This document shows, in pieces, positions 1 through 7,510 of a stretch of 24,000 nucleotides of DNA; within the stretch, counting starts at the first letter, position 1; each line of letters begins with the position of its first letter. The stretch comes from Tepidanaerobacter sp. GT38 (GTDB lineage: Bacteria > Bacillota > Thermosediminibacteria > Thermosediminibacterales > Tepidanaerobacteraceae), in the NCBI RefSeq assembly GCF_021991635.1, contig NZ_JAFFJA010000050.1:52324-76323 (forward strand). Reading direction: 5' to 3'. The notes under the pieces are model-generated. The model was not told where the DNA came from. It did not search any database and worked only from the letters and a program-made list of their open reading frames with translations. The position numbers and the translations under genes were made by a program.

Positions 1-522
1 CCCAAAATTCTTTCCATAGTAAAAGAAGTCCCTGAAACCTTTTGCGGCTGCCCCTATCGAATCAGTATTATAGTTATTGTTTACAATCTGTGCTATACCC
101 CTTGCAATAGTCATAGTTCCAAGGGTTGCAATAAATGGAGGCAACTTACAGTTTGCAACGAGCTGACCATTTATAATTCCAATGGCTAAGCAACATATAT
201 ATGTAATTAACACAGCAACCCAAGGATTTACGCCTTTCGTCATCATTGTGGCAGAAACCATGCAGCTCATGCCAACTACAGAACCAATGGAGAGGTCAAT
301 GTTGCCAGTAATTAATACGTAGGATTGACCTATGCCAATTATTAGAATCGGTGCAATCTGGCGTAACAAATTCGCAATATTTCTGTTTGAGAAAAAAACT
401 GGATTTAATATTCCAAACACAATGCACAAAACTACAAGACCAAAAGCTACTGTAATTACCTGTCCCATTCCTCTTATAGCCATTATTTTTCTTAATATGT
501 TTTTATCATCTCTCTTTTTCAT
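1..522 (-). CDS. Sugar ABC transporter permease (RbsC/MglC-like, CUT2 family), 5' part only; runs off the left edge of the window
   Basis: Not in the ORF track because there is no stop in the window. My own translation from ATG at 522-520 gives MKKRDDKNILRKIMAIRGMGQVITVAFGLVVLCIVFGILNPVFFSNRNIANLLRQIAPILIIGIGQSYVLITGNIDLSIGSVVGM...PPFIATLGTMTIARG, open to position 1. The TGxIDLSxGS and PPFIxTLG(T)M motifs are typical of ribose/galactoside-type permeases. SD GGGGAG lies 6 nt upstream. The gene sits 52 nt downstream of the ATPase. Confidence 0.8.
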   Translation of the reverse strand, partial: MKKRDDKNILRKIMAIRGMGQVITVAFGLVVLCIVFGILNPVFFSNRNIANLLRQIAPILIIGIGQSYVLITGNIDLSIGSVVGMSCMVSATMMTKGVNPWVAVLITYICCLAIGIINGQLVANCKLPPFIATLGTMTIARGIAQIVNNNYNTDSIGAAAKGFRDFFYYGKNFG

Positions 523-574
523 CTTTAACTCCCCTAGATTGTGATATGTTTATTACATGCAAAATTATGCTAAT

Positions 575-2068
575 TTACTTTTCAAATTTCGTTGCATATT
601 CCATGATCATGTTTTGTGTGGCATGTTCAATATCCAACTCACCGGTAATTCTACCATTACACATTACAAGTATTCTATCGCTCATGCCTAAAATCTCCGG
701 CATTTCCGAAGAAACGAATATCACACCTATTCCTTGCTTTTTTAAATCGTTCATTAGATTATAAATCTCGACTTTCGCTGCAACGTCAATTCCTCTTGTA
801 GGCTCATCAAATATTACTACCCGCGAATTCCTAGCTAGCCATTTACTTACTACTACCTTTTGTTGATTACCTCCTGAAAGGCTATCAGTTACCACGTCAA
901 TATCTGGCAACTTAATTTTTAAATCTTTTACCATCTTATTTGCAATTGCTTTTTCTTCGTTTTCGTCTACAATCCCACATGATTTAGAAAGAAAATCTAA
1001 ATTTGGCAGAGCAATATTTTCTCTTACACTTAACTTTGTGCACAAACCGTCTCTTTTTCTATCTTCCGGCACCAAAACTATGCCAGCATTAATTGCATCT
1101 ATTGGCTTATTTATAGTTACAGATTTACCATCTAGGATAATTTCGCCGGATTCTTTCGGTTCCGCACCAAAAATTGCACGTGTTGTCTCTGTCCGACCAG
1201 CTCCCATAAGACCGGCTATCCCTAAAATTTCACCTTCATATAGCTCAAAATTAATATTTCTTACTAGCCTGCCCGCATTTAAATTTTTAACTTCGAATAT
1301 TTTTCCCCCTCTTTTTACGTTAACTCTAGGAAATTTCTGTTTTATTTCGCGACCCACCATGTTGGATATGATTTCCTGCAAAGTAGTTTCTGCGTAATTC
1401 ATTGTTGTTATATATCTACCATCTCGCATAATAGTGACGCGATCCACGATATGTTGTAATTCTTCCAAACGATGAGAAATATAGATTATTCCACAACCTT
1501 CTCCTTTTAATTTTCTTATAATCTTAAATAAATCATCAATCTCTTTTTCAGATAATGCAGAAGTAGGTTCATCCATTATCAGTATTCGCGAATTTGTAGA
1601 AAGAGCCTTGGCAATCTCTACTAACTGCTGTTTTGAAACAGGCAAATTGCCAACAATTTCATCCGGTGAAATATCAATATTAAGCTTATCAAGAATACAT
1701 TTGGCCTCTTTACTCATCTCCTTACTTGATAAAATTCCCATCTTAGTTATTTCTCGACCCAAAAATATGTTTTCGGCTACCGAAAGATGCGGACAAAGAT
1801 TTAATTCCTGGTGAATTATAGCTACACCCAATTGTTGTGCTTTTTTCGGCGTCAATTCTGTAACCGTATCCCCAAAAATTTTAATCTCACCGCTGTCCGC
1901 AGTATAAACACCACTTAGCACCTTCATTAATGTGGATTTACCTGCGCCATTTTCCCCTAGCAGTGCATGAACTTCTCCCGATTTTAGATTGAAAGATACA
2001 TCATCTAATGCTTTAACTCCCGGAAAAGTTTTATTAATGTGTTCCATTTCAACAATGTATTCTTGCAT
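575..2068 (-). CDS. Sugar ABC transporter ATP-binding protein with two fused NBDs (RbsA/MglA/XylG-like, CUT2 family)
   Basis: Both halves carry canonical motifs: Walker A GENGAGKST and GLMGAGRT, Walker B ILIMDEPT and VVIFDEPT, signatures LPVSKQQ and LSGGNQQK. The track start GTG 2077 lies inside the SD (AGGTGG). ATG at 2068 (MQEYIVEMEHINKTFPG) follows the SD by 5 nt and is the probable start. Confidence 0.9.
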   Translation of the reverse strand: MQEYIVEMEHINKTFPGVKALDDVSFNLKSGEVHALLGENGAGKSTLMKVLSGVYTADSGEIKIFGDTVTELTPKKAQQLGVAIIHQELNLCPHLSVAENIFLGREITKMGILSSKEMSKEAKCILDKLNIDISPDEIVGNLPVSKQQLVEIAKALSTNSRILIMDEPTSALSEKEIDDLFKIIRKLKGEGCGIIYISHRLEELQHIVDRVTIMRDGRYITTMNYAETTLQEIISNMVGREIKQKFPRVNVKRGGKIFEVKNLNAGRLVRNINFELYEGEILGIAGLMGAGRTETTRAIFGAEPKESGEIILDGKSVTINKPIDAINAGIVLVPEDRKRDGLCTKLSVRENIALPNLDFLSKSCGIVDENEEKAIANKMVKDLKIKLPDIDVVTDSLSGGNQQKVVVSKWLARNSRVVIFDEPTRGIDVAAKVEIYNLMNDLKKQGIGVIFVSSEMPEILGMSDRILVMCNGRITGELDIEHATQNMIMEYATKFEK

Positions 2069-2176
2069 AAATACCACCTAGTTATAGGTTTTTGTTTGAT
2101 ATGATTTGTGCTATTGTTTATATAGTTTTTATTGCGTAATTATTTATAATTAACATACCAATATATAACTTCTGAT

Positions 2177-2215
2177 AAAAGGGGGGAATTTTTGGATTTA
2201 TGGGGGTTTTTTTAG
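2177..2215. promoter_or_regulatory. Two phased G-run/T-run blocks (AAAAGGGGGGAATTTTTGG and TTTATGGGGGTTTTTTTAG) in the intergenic region upstream of the ABC ATPase; candidate response-regulator binding sites
   Basis: The G-runs start at 2181 and 2202, a 21 bp offset, in otherwise G-poor AT-rich DNA. They lie about 105-135 nt upstream of the ATPase start and 35-70 nt downstream of the pseudo-ATPase stop. The function is inferred only. Confidence 0.25.
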
Positions 2216-2247
2216 AAATGTTCAGATGAGTATTTCAGAGGTGTTTA

Positions 2248-3696
2248 TCATAGATTGGCTCGTAAATAGGAAAACTTCTCACTAGAATATTGTTTTTGCA
2301 GCCTTCCTTGTTCTATGACCATTAAACGGTTTGCTACAACAAGGCAATCAGATATACTAACTGCTAAAATAATCACTGTTATATGCTTTTTTCTCAATTG
2401 ATCAATTAGCTGTACCAAATGATGCCTATGATACATATCTGCATCAGAAAAGGGTTGTATTAAAATAACAATGTCAGGCTTATAAAGATGAACCCTATAG
2501 TACACTAAATTATATAAAGATTTGGGCGTTAAATTTTTTATATCGCTTGCATAAATATCTTCACCGATTAATTTCTCATATTCTTGAATTACACTTTTTT
2601 GGATATTTTTCATTGGACACCAGAAAGATAGTTTCTTGTTTGCTAGAAAACATAAATTATCGATATAACTCATTTCTTTAAATAACATACTTTGAATTGG
2701 ATTTTCTTGAATGAAACATATATTGTTTTTTAAATGTTTTAGGGTTTTAGTGTAATTTACTCCTTTAAAAAAAATTTGACCAGATAATGGTTTTATTTCT
2801 CCATTAATTAATTCTATAAAATCAGTTAAAACAGTATTGTTCATATCTAAAAAAACTACACATTCACCTTTTTGTATAGTGAAACTCAAATTCTTTATAT
2901 TATCTGTTGAAATATTTTGGAATTTTAATATACCATTTTCACTTTCTCTAGAAACTAACGGAAAGTCAATATGGCTAAAATCAAGGCTAAAAGAAGCAAT
3001 CACCTCATCTCGAAATTCACTTTTATTTAATACCTTAATTACTTTCCCATTTTTCATTATTGAAATTCTATCACATATTTTAAAAGCTTCTTCATGATGA
3101 TTACAGATATATAAAAAGGATATTCCTTGTTTTGTATAATATCTAATGATTTTATGAATTTTTTTTAAATCTGCCGTGCTTATAAAATTGCTAATATCTC
3201 GAATAACGATTAATTTAACCTTTGCTACAATAGCCTTTAAAATTTCCACAACGCACTTTTCAAAAGGTGACAAATTGAAAACTAATTCATTGCCGTCTAT
3301 CGAAATATTTAAGTCTTTTGTAAGTAATTTCAATTTAGCATTTAGAAAATTAGAATTAATTAAGTATCCTTTAAAACCTTTACTGATTACAAAAATATTG
3401 TCCACCACAGTTAAGTTTTCTACTAAACGACTTTGTCTTTCAATTACAGCAACCGGATTGTAACTCATAGAACTGTGTTCATAATTGTTAACCATGTTTT
3501 CTTCTAAATAAACATGACCATAATGTATGGGAACGTTTTGACAGAAAAGTTTGATAAGTGCTTCTTTGCCATGGTCGTTTAAGCATAATAGTCCCATAAT
3601 TTCTCCTTTAAAAATGTGCATGCTAAAATTATCTAAAACGGTTACACCATCAATAATCTGAGTTACTCTCTCTAACCTAAAAATTTCTTGTTTCAT
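2248..3696 (-). CDS. Degenerate tandem-NBD ABC-ATPase-like protein (paralog of RbsA/MglA-type ATPases with all catalytic motifs lost)
   Basis: The 482 aa protein is colinear with the neighbouring 497 aa ATPase. Walker A-1 is CLNDHGKE (vs GENGAGKS) and Walker B-1 is VIRDIS (vs IMDEPT). Walker A-2 is DMNNTVLT (vs GLMGAGRT), Walker B-2 is VILIQPF (vs VIFDEPT), and signature-2 is LTPKSLYN (vs LSGGNQQK). A good SD (AAGGTG, 6 nt spacer) lies inside the 3' end of the kinase gene, and the two genes overlap by 20 nt. Confidence 0.8.
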   Translation of the reverse strand: MKQEIFRLERVTQIIDGVTVLDNFSMHIFKGEIMGLLCLNDHGKEALIKLFCQNVPIHYGHVYLEENMVNNYEHSSMSYNPVAVIERQSRLVENLTVVDNIFVISKGFKGYLINSNFLNAKLKLLTKDLNISIDGNELVFNLSPFEKCVVEILKAIVAKVKLIVIRDISNFISTADLKKIHKIIRYYTKQGISFLYICNHHEEAFKICDRISIMKNGKVIKVLNKSEFRDEVIASFSLDFSHIDFPLVSRESENGILKFQNISTDNIKNLSFTIQKGECVVFLDMNNTVLTDFIELINGEIKPLSGQIFFKGVNYTKTLKHLKNNICFIQENPIQSMLFKEMSYIDNLCFLANKKLSFWCPMKNIQKSVIQEYEKLIGEDIYASDIKNLTPKSLYNLVYYRVHLYKPDIVILIQPFSDADMYHRHHLVQLIDQLRKKHITVIILAVSISDCLVVANRLMVIEQGRLQKQYSSEKFSYLRANL

Positions 3697-4762
3697 CTAT
3701 AGCACCTTCTGTTCTAAATATTCTGGGCAGAGTAATTTCTACATCTGTTCCTACATTTTCAGTGCTAAAAATATTAATACCGTATTGTTCTCCAAACAAA
3801 AGTTTTATCCTATTATTGACATTTATCATAGCAATTCCTGCTTTTTTTTCATCATCTGACTTCACATATTCAAAAGACTGTACATTGAGCTTTTCATTAA
3901 GTTCCATTAGGCGCTCTTCTTTCATTCCTATCCCATCATCAGAAACAGTAATTATTAATCTCTTGGGAGTGGTTTCAACCTTTATACGTACATGTCCTTT
4001 CCCCATCTTCTTTTCTATACCGTGAAAGATGGCATTTTCAACAATAGGTTGGAGTGTCAGTTTAGGCAACTGGTATTTTAGTACTTCATCTTTATTTTCG
4101 CTGTCAATTTCAATACTTAAACTAAGGCGTTCGCCAAAACGATATTGTTGAATATAATAATAATCTTCAATATTAGATAATTCATCCTCTAAAGTAACCA
4201 GATTATTATAATTAGAAATCGCGTACCGAAAAAATTTACCTAAAGCTTCAGCCATTTCAGCAATACTGTCTAAACCTGCTAGAATAGCCTCTCCTCGAAT
4301 TCCTTCCAAACTATTATATAAAAAGTGAGGATTGATTTGGTTTTGTAGAGCAAGGTACTGTGCTTGCTTTTTTGTAGCTTTCATAACTTCTTGCGTATTA
4401 TAAATTGCTTTAACTTTATTGATAACATCTTCCATTTCGGGGCTAAAAGGATATTGCAATTCAAACATTCCTTGTACCGTATAGCCTTTTACAAAAAGCT
4501 GCATTATTTTAGAAGTTTCTTTATACGGTATAAATAACCACCTATAAAACAAATATAAAGTGCCCAAGTATGCAAAATAGGGTACTATCAATAATAAAAA
4601 ATAAATACTTTGTGAATTACAATAAATTACAGTTAAAAAAATAAGAAGATAGGCTGATAAGACAATCAAAGCTACAATTATATAAAAAGCCCTGTAAAAT
4701 AAATACTTATTTTTATTCATAGCTCGATTTTCCATTCTAAGCATAAAGTTTTCTATATTCAT
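3677..4762 (-). CDS. Sensor histidine kinase, LytS/YesM family (His_kinase + HATPase_c), minimal form with two TM helices and no extracytoplasmic domain
   Basis: The H-box is LQNQINPHFLYNSLEGI, the N-box is QPIVENAIFHGIE, G1 is VSDDGIGM and the G2 region is AGIAMINVNNRI. The N-terminus has two hydrophobic helices (YRAFYIIVALIVLSAYLLIFLTVIY and IYFLLLIVPYFAYLGTLYLFY) joined only by CNSQS. The start is ambiguous (ATGs at 4762, 4744, 4735, 4720; none has a strong SD). The gene overlaps the end of the RR gene. Confidence 0.85.
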   Translation of the reverse strand: MNIENFMLRMENRAMNKNKYLFYRAFYIIVALIVLSAYLLIFLTVIYCNSQSIYFLLLIVPYFAYLGTLYLFYRWLFIPYKETSKIMQLFVKGYTVQGMFELQYPFSPEMEDVINKVKAIYNTQEVMKATKKQAQYLALQNQINPHFLYNSLEGIRGEAILAGLDSIAEMAEALGKFFRYAISNYNNLVTLEDELSNIEDYYYIQQYRFGERLSLSIEIDSENKDEVLKYQLPKLTLQPIVENAIFHGIEKKMGKGHVRIKVETTPKRLIITVSDDGIGMKEERLMELNEKLNVQSFEYVKSDDEKKAGIAMINVNNRIKLLFGEQYGINIFSTENVGTDVEITLPRIFRTEGAIDETRNF

Positions 4763-6344
4763 GAGGTTTCAGTCCCGTAAGCCGCTTAAAAGTTTTTGTA
4801 AAATGCTTTAGGTCGTTATATCCAACGGTTTGGCAAATATCAATGGTGCTCAAATTTGTTTCTTTTAATAATTCTTTAGCCTTGTTTATTCTAATTTCCG
4901 AAAGATATTCCGTAAAATTTTTTCCGCTTTCTTTTTTAAATAAGGCACTAAAATACGACTCATTAAACCCAACAAATTCACTAACTTCTTTTAAAGTTAT
5001 ACGATGCATATAGTTTTGATGAATATATTCTTTTGCCATCAATATCGGTTTAATATCAGCTTGAATTTTTTCTTTTATAATAACATCTATAATTTTACTT
5101 ATAGATTCAGACAAACAAATAAACAATTCCCATACAGAACTACATAGATCAGCTCGTAAATAAAAAGTCGAATTAGAATCTTCAATTTTATCTACGTCAA
5201 ATTGAAAATTTCTAATCGATCTTAAAAACAAACTAAATATATCGATAACTAAATTAAAAACTTCCTGGCCAAAAACATTTGTTTTTCTTAAAACTTGATG
5301 CCTAAGAAAATCTATTTCTCTAACGACACCATCTTTGTCTAAAATTTCTAGTGAGGTTTCCAATTTTTTAATAGTGTCACCAAAAAGGACCTTTAAATCA
5401 GAATATACTTTCGGCTGAAAACCTTCAAGTATTTTCCCAGTTCCTTCTACCAAACGTTGTTTTATTGCCCATTCAGCTGTTTTAAGAGAATGTTTTATCT
5501 GGCATATGTCATTTACTGCCTCTCCACGACCTATCGTCACTTCTTTAGTACAAAATAAGTTTTTTTGTACAAGTATCTCATCTAGACTGCATTTTAGTTT
5601 TTTTCGTATGTTTTTTTTATTCTGCTCTCCATAGTTTAACATACAATATACTCTGCTATTTTTTAAGTAAATTTCCATGTCAAAACAGTCTGATATTAAC
5701 TTTTCCCTTAAGATGTGTGAAATTTTTTGTTTTAGAATCTGTATGTTCCCATAAGATTCATTATGTTCGTAATCTAGTTTAACTACTAGCACTTCAAAAA
5801 TGCCAGGGCAGAAATGAAAATAGTAGTTCTTATTTACTTCATCAATATTAAAATTAATTTGATTAACTACATCTTCTAACAAATCATTTAAAAAGCTAGA
5901 ACGTAATTTTTCTGCATTGTTTTGTAGACTAAGTCGCAGCTGTTCTTGTACAGTATTGTGTTCTGTTTTTTGTTTATGTTTTTTACGGATATTGTTTAGA
6001 GTAGTAATAAGTTCTTTTTTGTTAATGGGCTTTAACAAGTAATCGCTAACTCCATATTTTATAGCGCTTTGAGCATATTCAAAATTACCATAACCACTTA
6101 TTATGATAAAATCTATATTTTTGTTTATTTGCTTGCCTTGCTTAATCACTTCCAACCCATCATAACCAGGCATACGAATATCTGTAATCACTATATCAGG
6201 CTTTAATTTTCTTATTAACTCTAATGTTTCTAAACCATTATTTGCAATCCCAACTACTTCCATATCCATAGACTTCCAATCAATTAAACCAAAAATCAGT
6301 TGACACACTTTCACCTCATCATCTGCAATAATGACTTTAATCAT
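4737..6344 (-). CDS. Two-component response regulator, YesN/AraC family (N-terminal receiver + C-terminal AraC-type HTH)
   Basis: Receiver motifs are ADDE near the N-terminus, the phospho-acceptor context IVITDIRMPG, and YLLKP. The C-terminus has a double HTH typical of the AraC family (LKEVSEFVGFNESYFSALFKK...ICQTVGYNDLKHFTKTFKRLTGLKPHEYRK). SD GAGGGG lies 8 nt upstream of the ATG. Confidence 0.9.
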   Translation of the reverse strand: MIKVIIADDEVKVCQLIFGLIDWKSMDMEVVGIANNGLETLELIRKLKPDIVITDIRMPGYDGLEVIKQGKQINKNIDFIIISGYGNFEYAQSAIKYGVSDYLLKPINKKELITTLNNIRKKHKQKTEHNTVQEQLRLSLQNNAEKLRSSFLNDLLEDVVNQINFNIDEVNKNYYFHFCPGIFEVLVVKLDYEHNESYGNIQILKQKISHILREKLISDCFDMEIYLKNSRVYCMLNYGEQNKKNIRKKLKCSLDEILVQKNLFCTKEVTIGRGEAVNDICQIKHSLKTAEWAIKQRLVEGTGKILEGFQPKVYSDLKVLFGDTIKKLETSLEILDKDGVVREIDFLRHQVLRKTNVFGQEVFNLVIDIFSLFLRSIRNFQFDVDKIEDSNSTFYLRADLCSSVWELFICLSESISKIIDVIIKEKIQADIKPILMAKEYIHQNYMHRITLKEVSEFVGFNESYFSALFKKESGKNFTEYLSEIRINKAKELLKETNLSTIDICQTVGYNDLKHFTKTFKRLTGLKPHEYRKLYA

Positions 6345-6451
6345 AATATTTACCCCTCAATCAAAAAATTTATCCCTTCAACCCCCAAAACAGCATAGTA
6401 ACTGGCAGTGCCAGAAATGCAAGAAAATTGAAGCAATCGTTCCTAATCTAT

Positions 6452-6481
6452 ATAATAAAAATGAATAGTTTGATTTGTCAA
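6452..6481 (-). promoter_or_regulatory. Candidate sigma-A promoter of the RR-HK-pseudoATPase operon
   Basis: On the minus strand a perfect -35 TTGACA (6481-6476) is followed after 17-18 nt by TTATTA/TATTAT. It lies about 110 nt upstream of the RR start codon. Confidence 0.4.
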
Positions 6482-6525
6482 GTTCTTTAGATTTCGCAAA
6501 ACTATCGTTAATGTTTGAATGGATT

Positions 6526-6580
6526 CAAAAAAAACAAAAAACTCCCGCAGCTTAATAAATCCAAGTTAAACTACGAGAGC
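6526..6580 (-). terminator. Rho-independent terminator downstream of the TrmH-family methyltransferase gene
   Basis: On the minus strand CTCTCGTAG...CTGCGGGAG forms a 9 bp stem (two G-U pairs) around a 20-nt loop, followed by TTTTTGTTTTTTTT. Confidence 0.5.
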
Positions 6581-6693
6581 TTCTAAAAAATTATTGTTCG
6601 TTTACAGAAGTACAAAACTTTTTTGTAAGGCTAACTGTCATTAAATAATGTGGAGAATGTTGTAAATAAATCGCAGCATATATCAAGAAAGTT

Positions 6694-7500
6694 TTAACAT
6701 TTTTTTGTTCTGCTCCTTTGTCTTACAGCTTCAAATACTATGATGCCATGGGCTACTGCTACGTTTAACGACTCAGCCTGACCAGGCATATCAATTCTAA
6801 CTAATTTATCGGAAATCTCAGAGATTTCTTGCGATACGCCACTCGCTTCCGAACCCATCACTATGACGGTACTTGTTTTAAAGTTTACATTGTAATAATC
6901 TTGTTTTGCAGATAAATGTGTGGTTACAACTTGCCCACCTCTCTGTTTTATCTCAAGAAGTGTTTTGCTTAAATCATCAGTATGCACTATGGGAATGTGG
7001 AATATGGAACCCATAGCTGACCGAACAACTTTGGGGTTGTATATGTCTACACACCCTTTTCCTACAATAATGCCATCAGCACCAGCTGCATCGGCAGTTC
7101 TTATTATTGTCCCCAAATTGCCTGGGTCCTGTATTTTATCCAAAGCAATTATTAGAAAGTTGTCTTTAATTATATTATCCAGCTTCGCATCTTTAAAATT
7201 GATAACCGCTAAAATTCCTTGAGGTGTTACAGTATCAGCCAGTTCGGTAAAGGATTTATTTGAAGCCTTGTATAATCTGTCCTCAGAAATTTTCTTTTTA
7301 AGCCTTCCTAAAAAGACATCATTTGAGTCTAAAAAACCATCCGATAATACGACAAATCTTATGTCATAAGCAGAATCAATAACTTCTTCAATATTTCTTA
7401 CACCTTCAACAATAAAGCACCGATTTTTCACTCTTGCGGTTTTAGACTCTCTCAAGGTCTTAATTAATCTTTGTTGCCTTTTAGATAGTTCTTTTAACAT
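6694..7500 (-). CDS. TrmH/SpoU-family RNA 2'-O-methyltransferase (RlmB/YsgA-like)
   Basis: SpoU motifs are present: DPGNLGTIIRTADAAGADGII, VMGSEASGVS and IDMPGQAESLNVAVAHGIIVFE. The N-terminus has a SpoU substrate-binding-like region. SD AGGTG lies upstream. Confidence 0.85.
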   Translation of the reverse strand: MLKELSKRQQRLIKTLRESKTARVKNRCFIVEGVRNIEEVIDSAYDIRFVVLSDGFLDSNDVFLGRLKKKISEDRLYKASNKSFTELADTVTPQGILAVINFKDAKLDNIIKDNFLIIALDKIQDPGNLGTIIRTADAAGADGIIVGKGCVDIYNPKVVRSAMGSIFHIPIVHTDDLSKTLLEIKQRGGQVVTTHLSAKQDYYNVNFKTSTVIVMGSEASGVSQEISEISDKLVRIDMPGQAESLNVAVAHGIIVFEAVRQRSRTKKC

Positions 7501-7510
7501 TTATCTGCAC

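Noticed and set aside
2077-2077. ORF-track start codons at 2077 (GTG), 10699 (TTG), 15087 (GTG), 20380 (TTG) and 22398 (ATG).
   Set aside because: Each lies on top of or upstream of the gene's own Shine-Dalgarno sequence, and a better-spaced start exists downstream (2068, 10684, 15096 or 15105, 20359, 22374). I treat them as over-extensions.
2078-2247. A terminator separating the sensing module from the ABC transporter genes, and a catabolite-responsive (cre) site.
   Set aside because: The G-runs are on the same strand and cannot pair, so there is no hairpin plus U-tract. No convincing match to the TGWAANCGNTNWCA cre consensus was seen.
2248-3696. The degenerate ABC ATPase as a decaying pseudogene.
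   Set aside because: The ORF is uninterrupted for 482 codons, keeps domain spacing and hydrophobic core segments, and has a strong SD. It also overlaps the kinase gene in what looks like translational coupling. Decay would be expected to introduce stops or frameshifts. I retain it as a probable pseudoenzyme, pending dN/dS analysis.
6591-6641. A 16-codon minus-strand mini-ORF (MTVSLTKKFCTSVNEQ) in the TrmH 3' UTR.
   Set aside because: It has no SD and lies between a stop codon and its terminator. It is most likely fortuitous.
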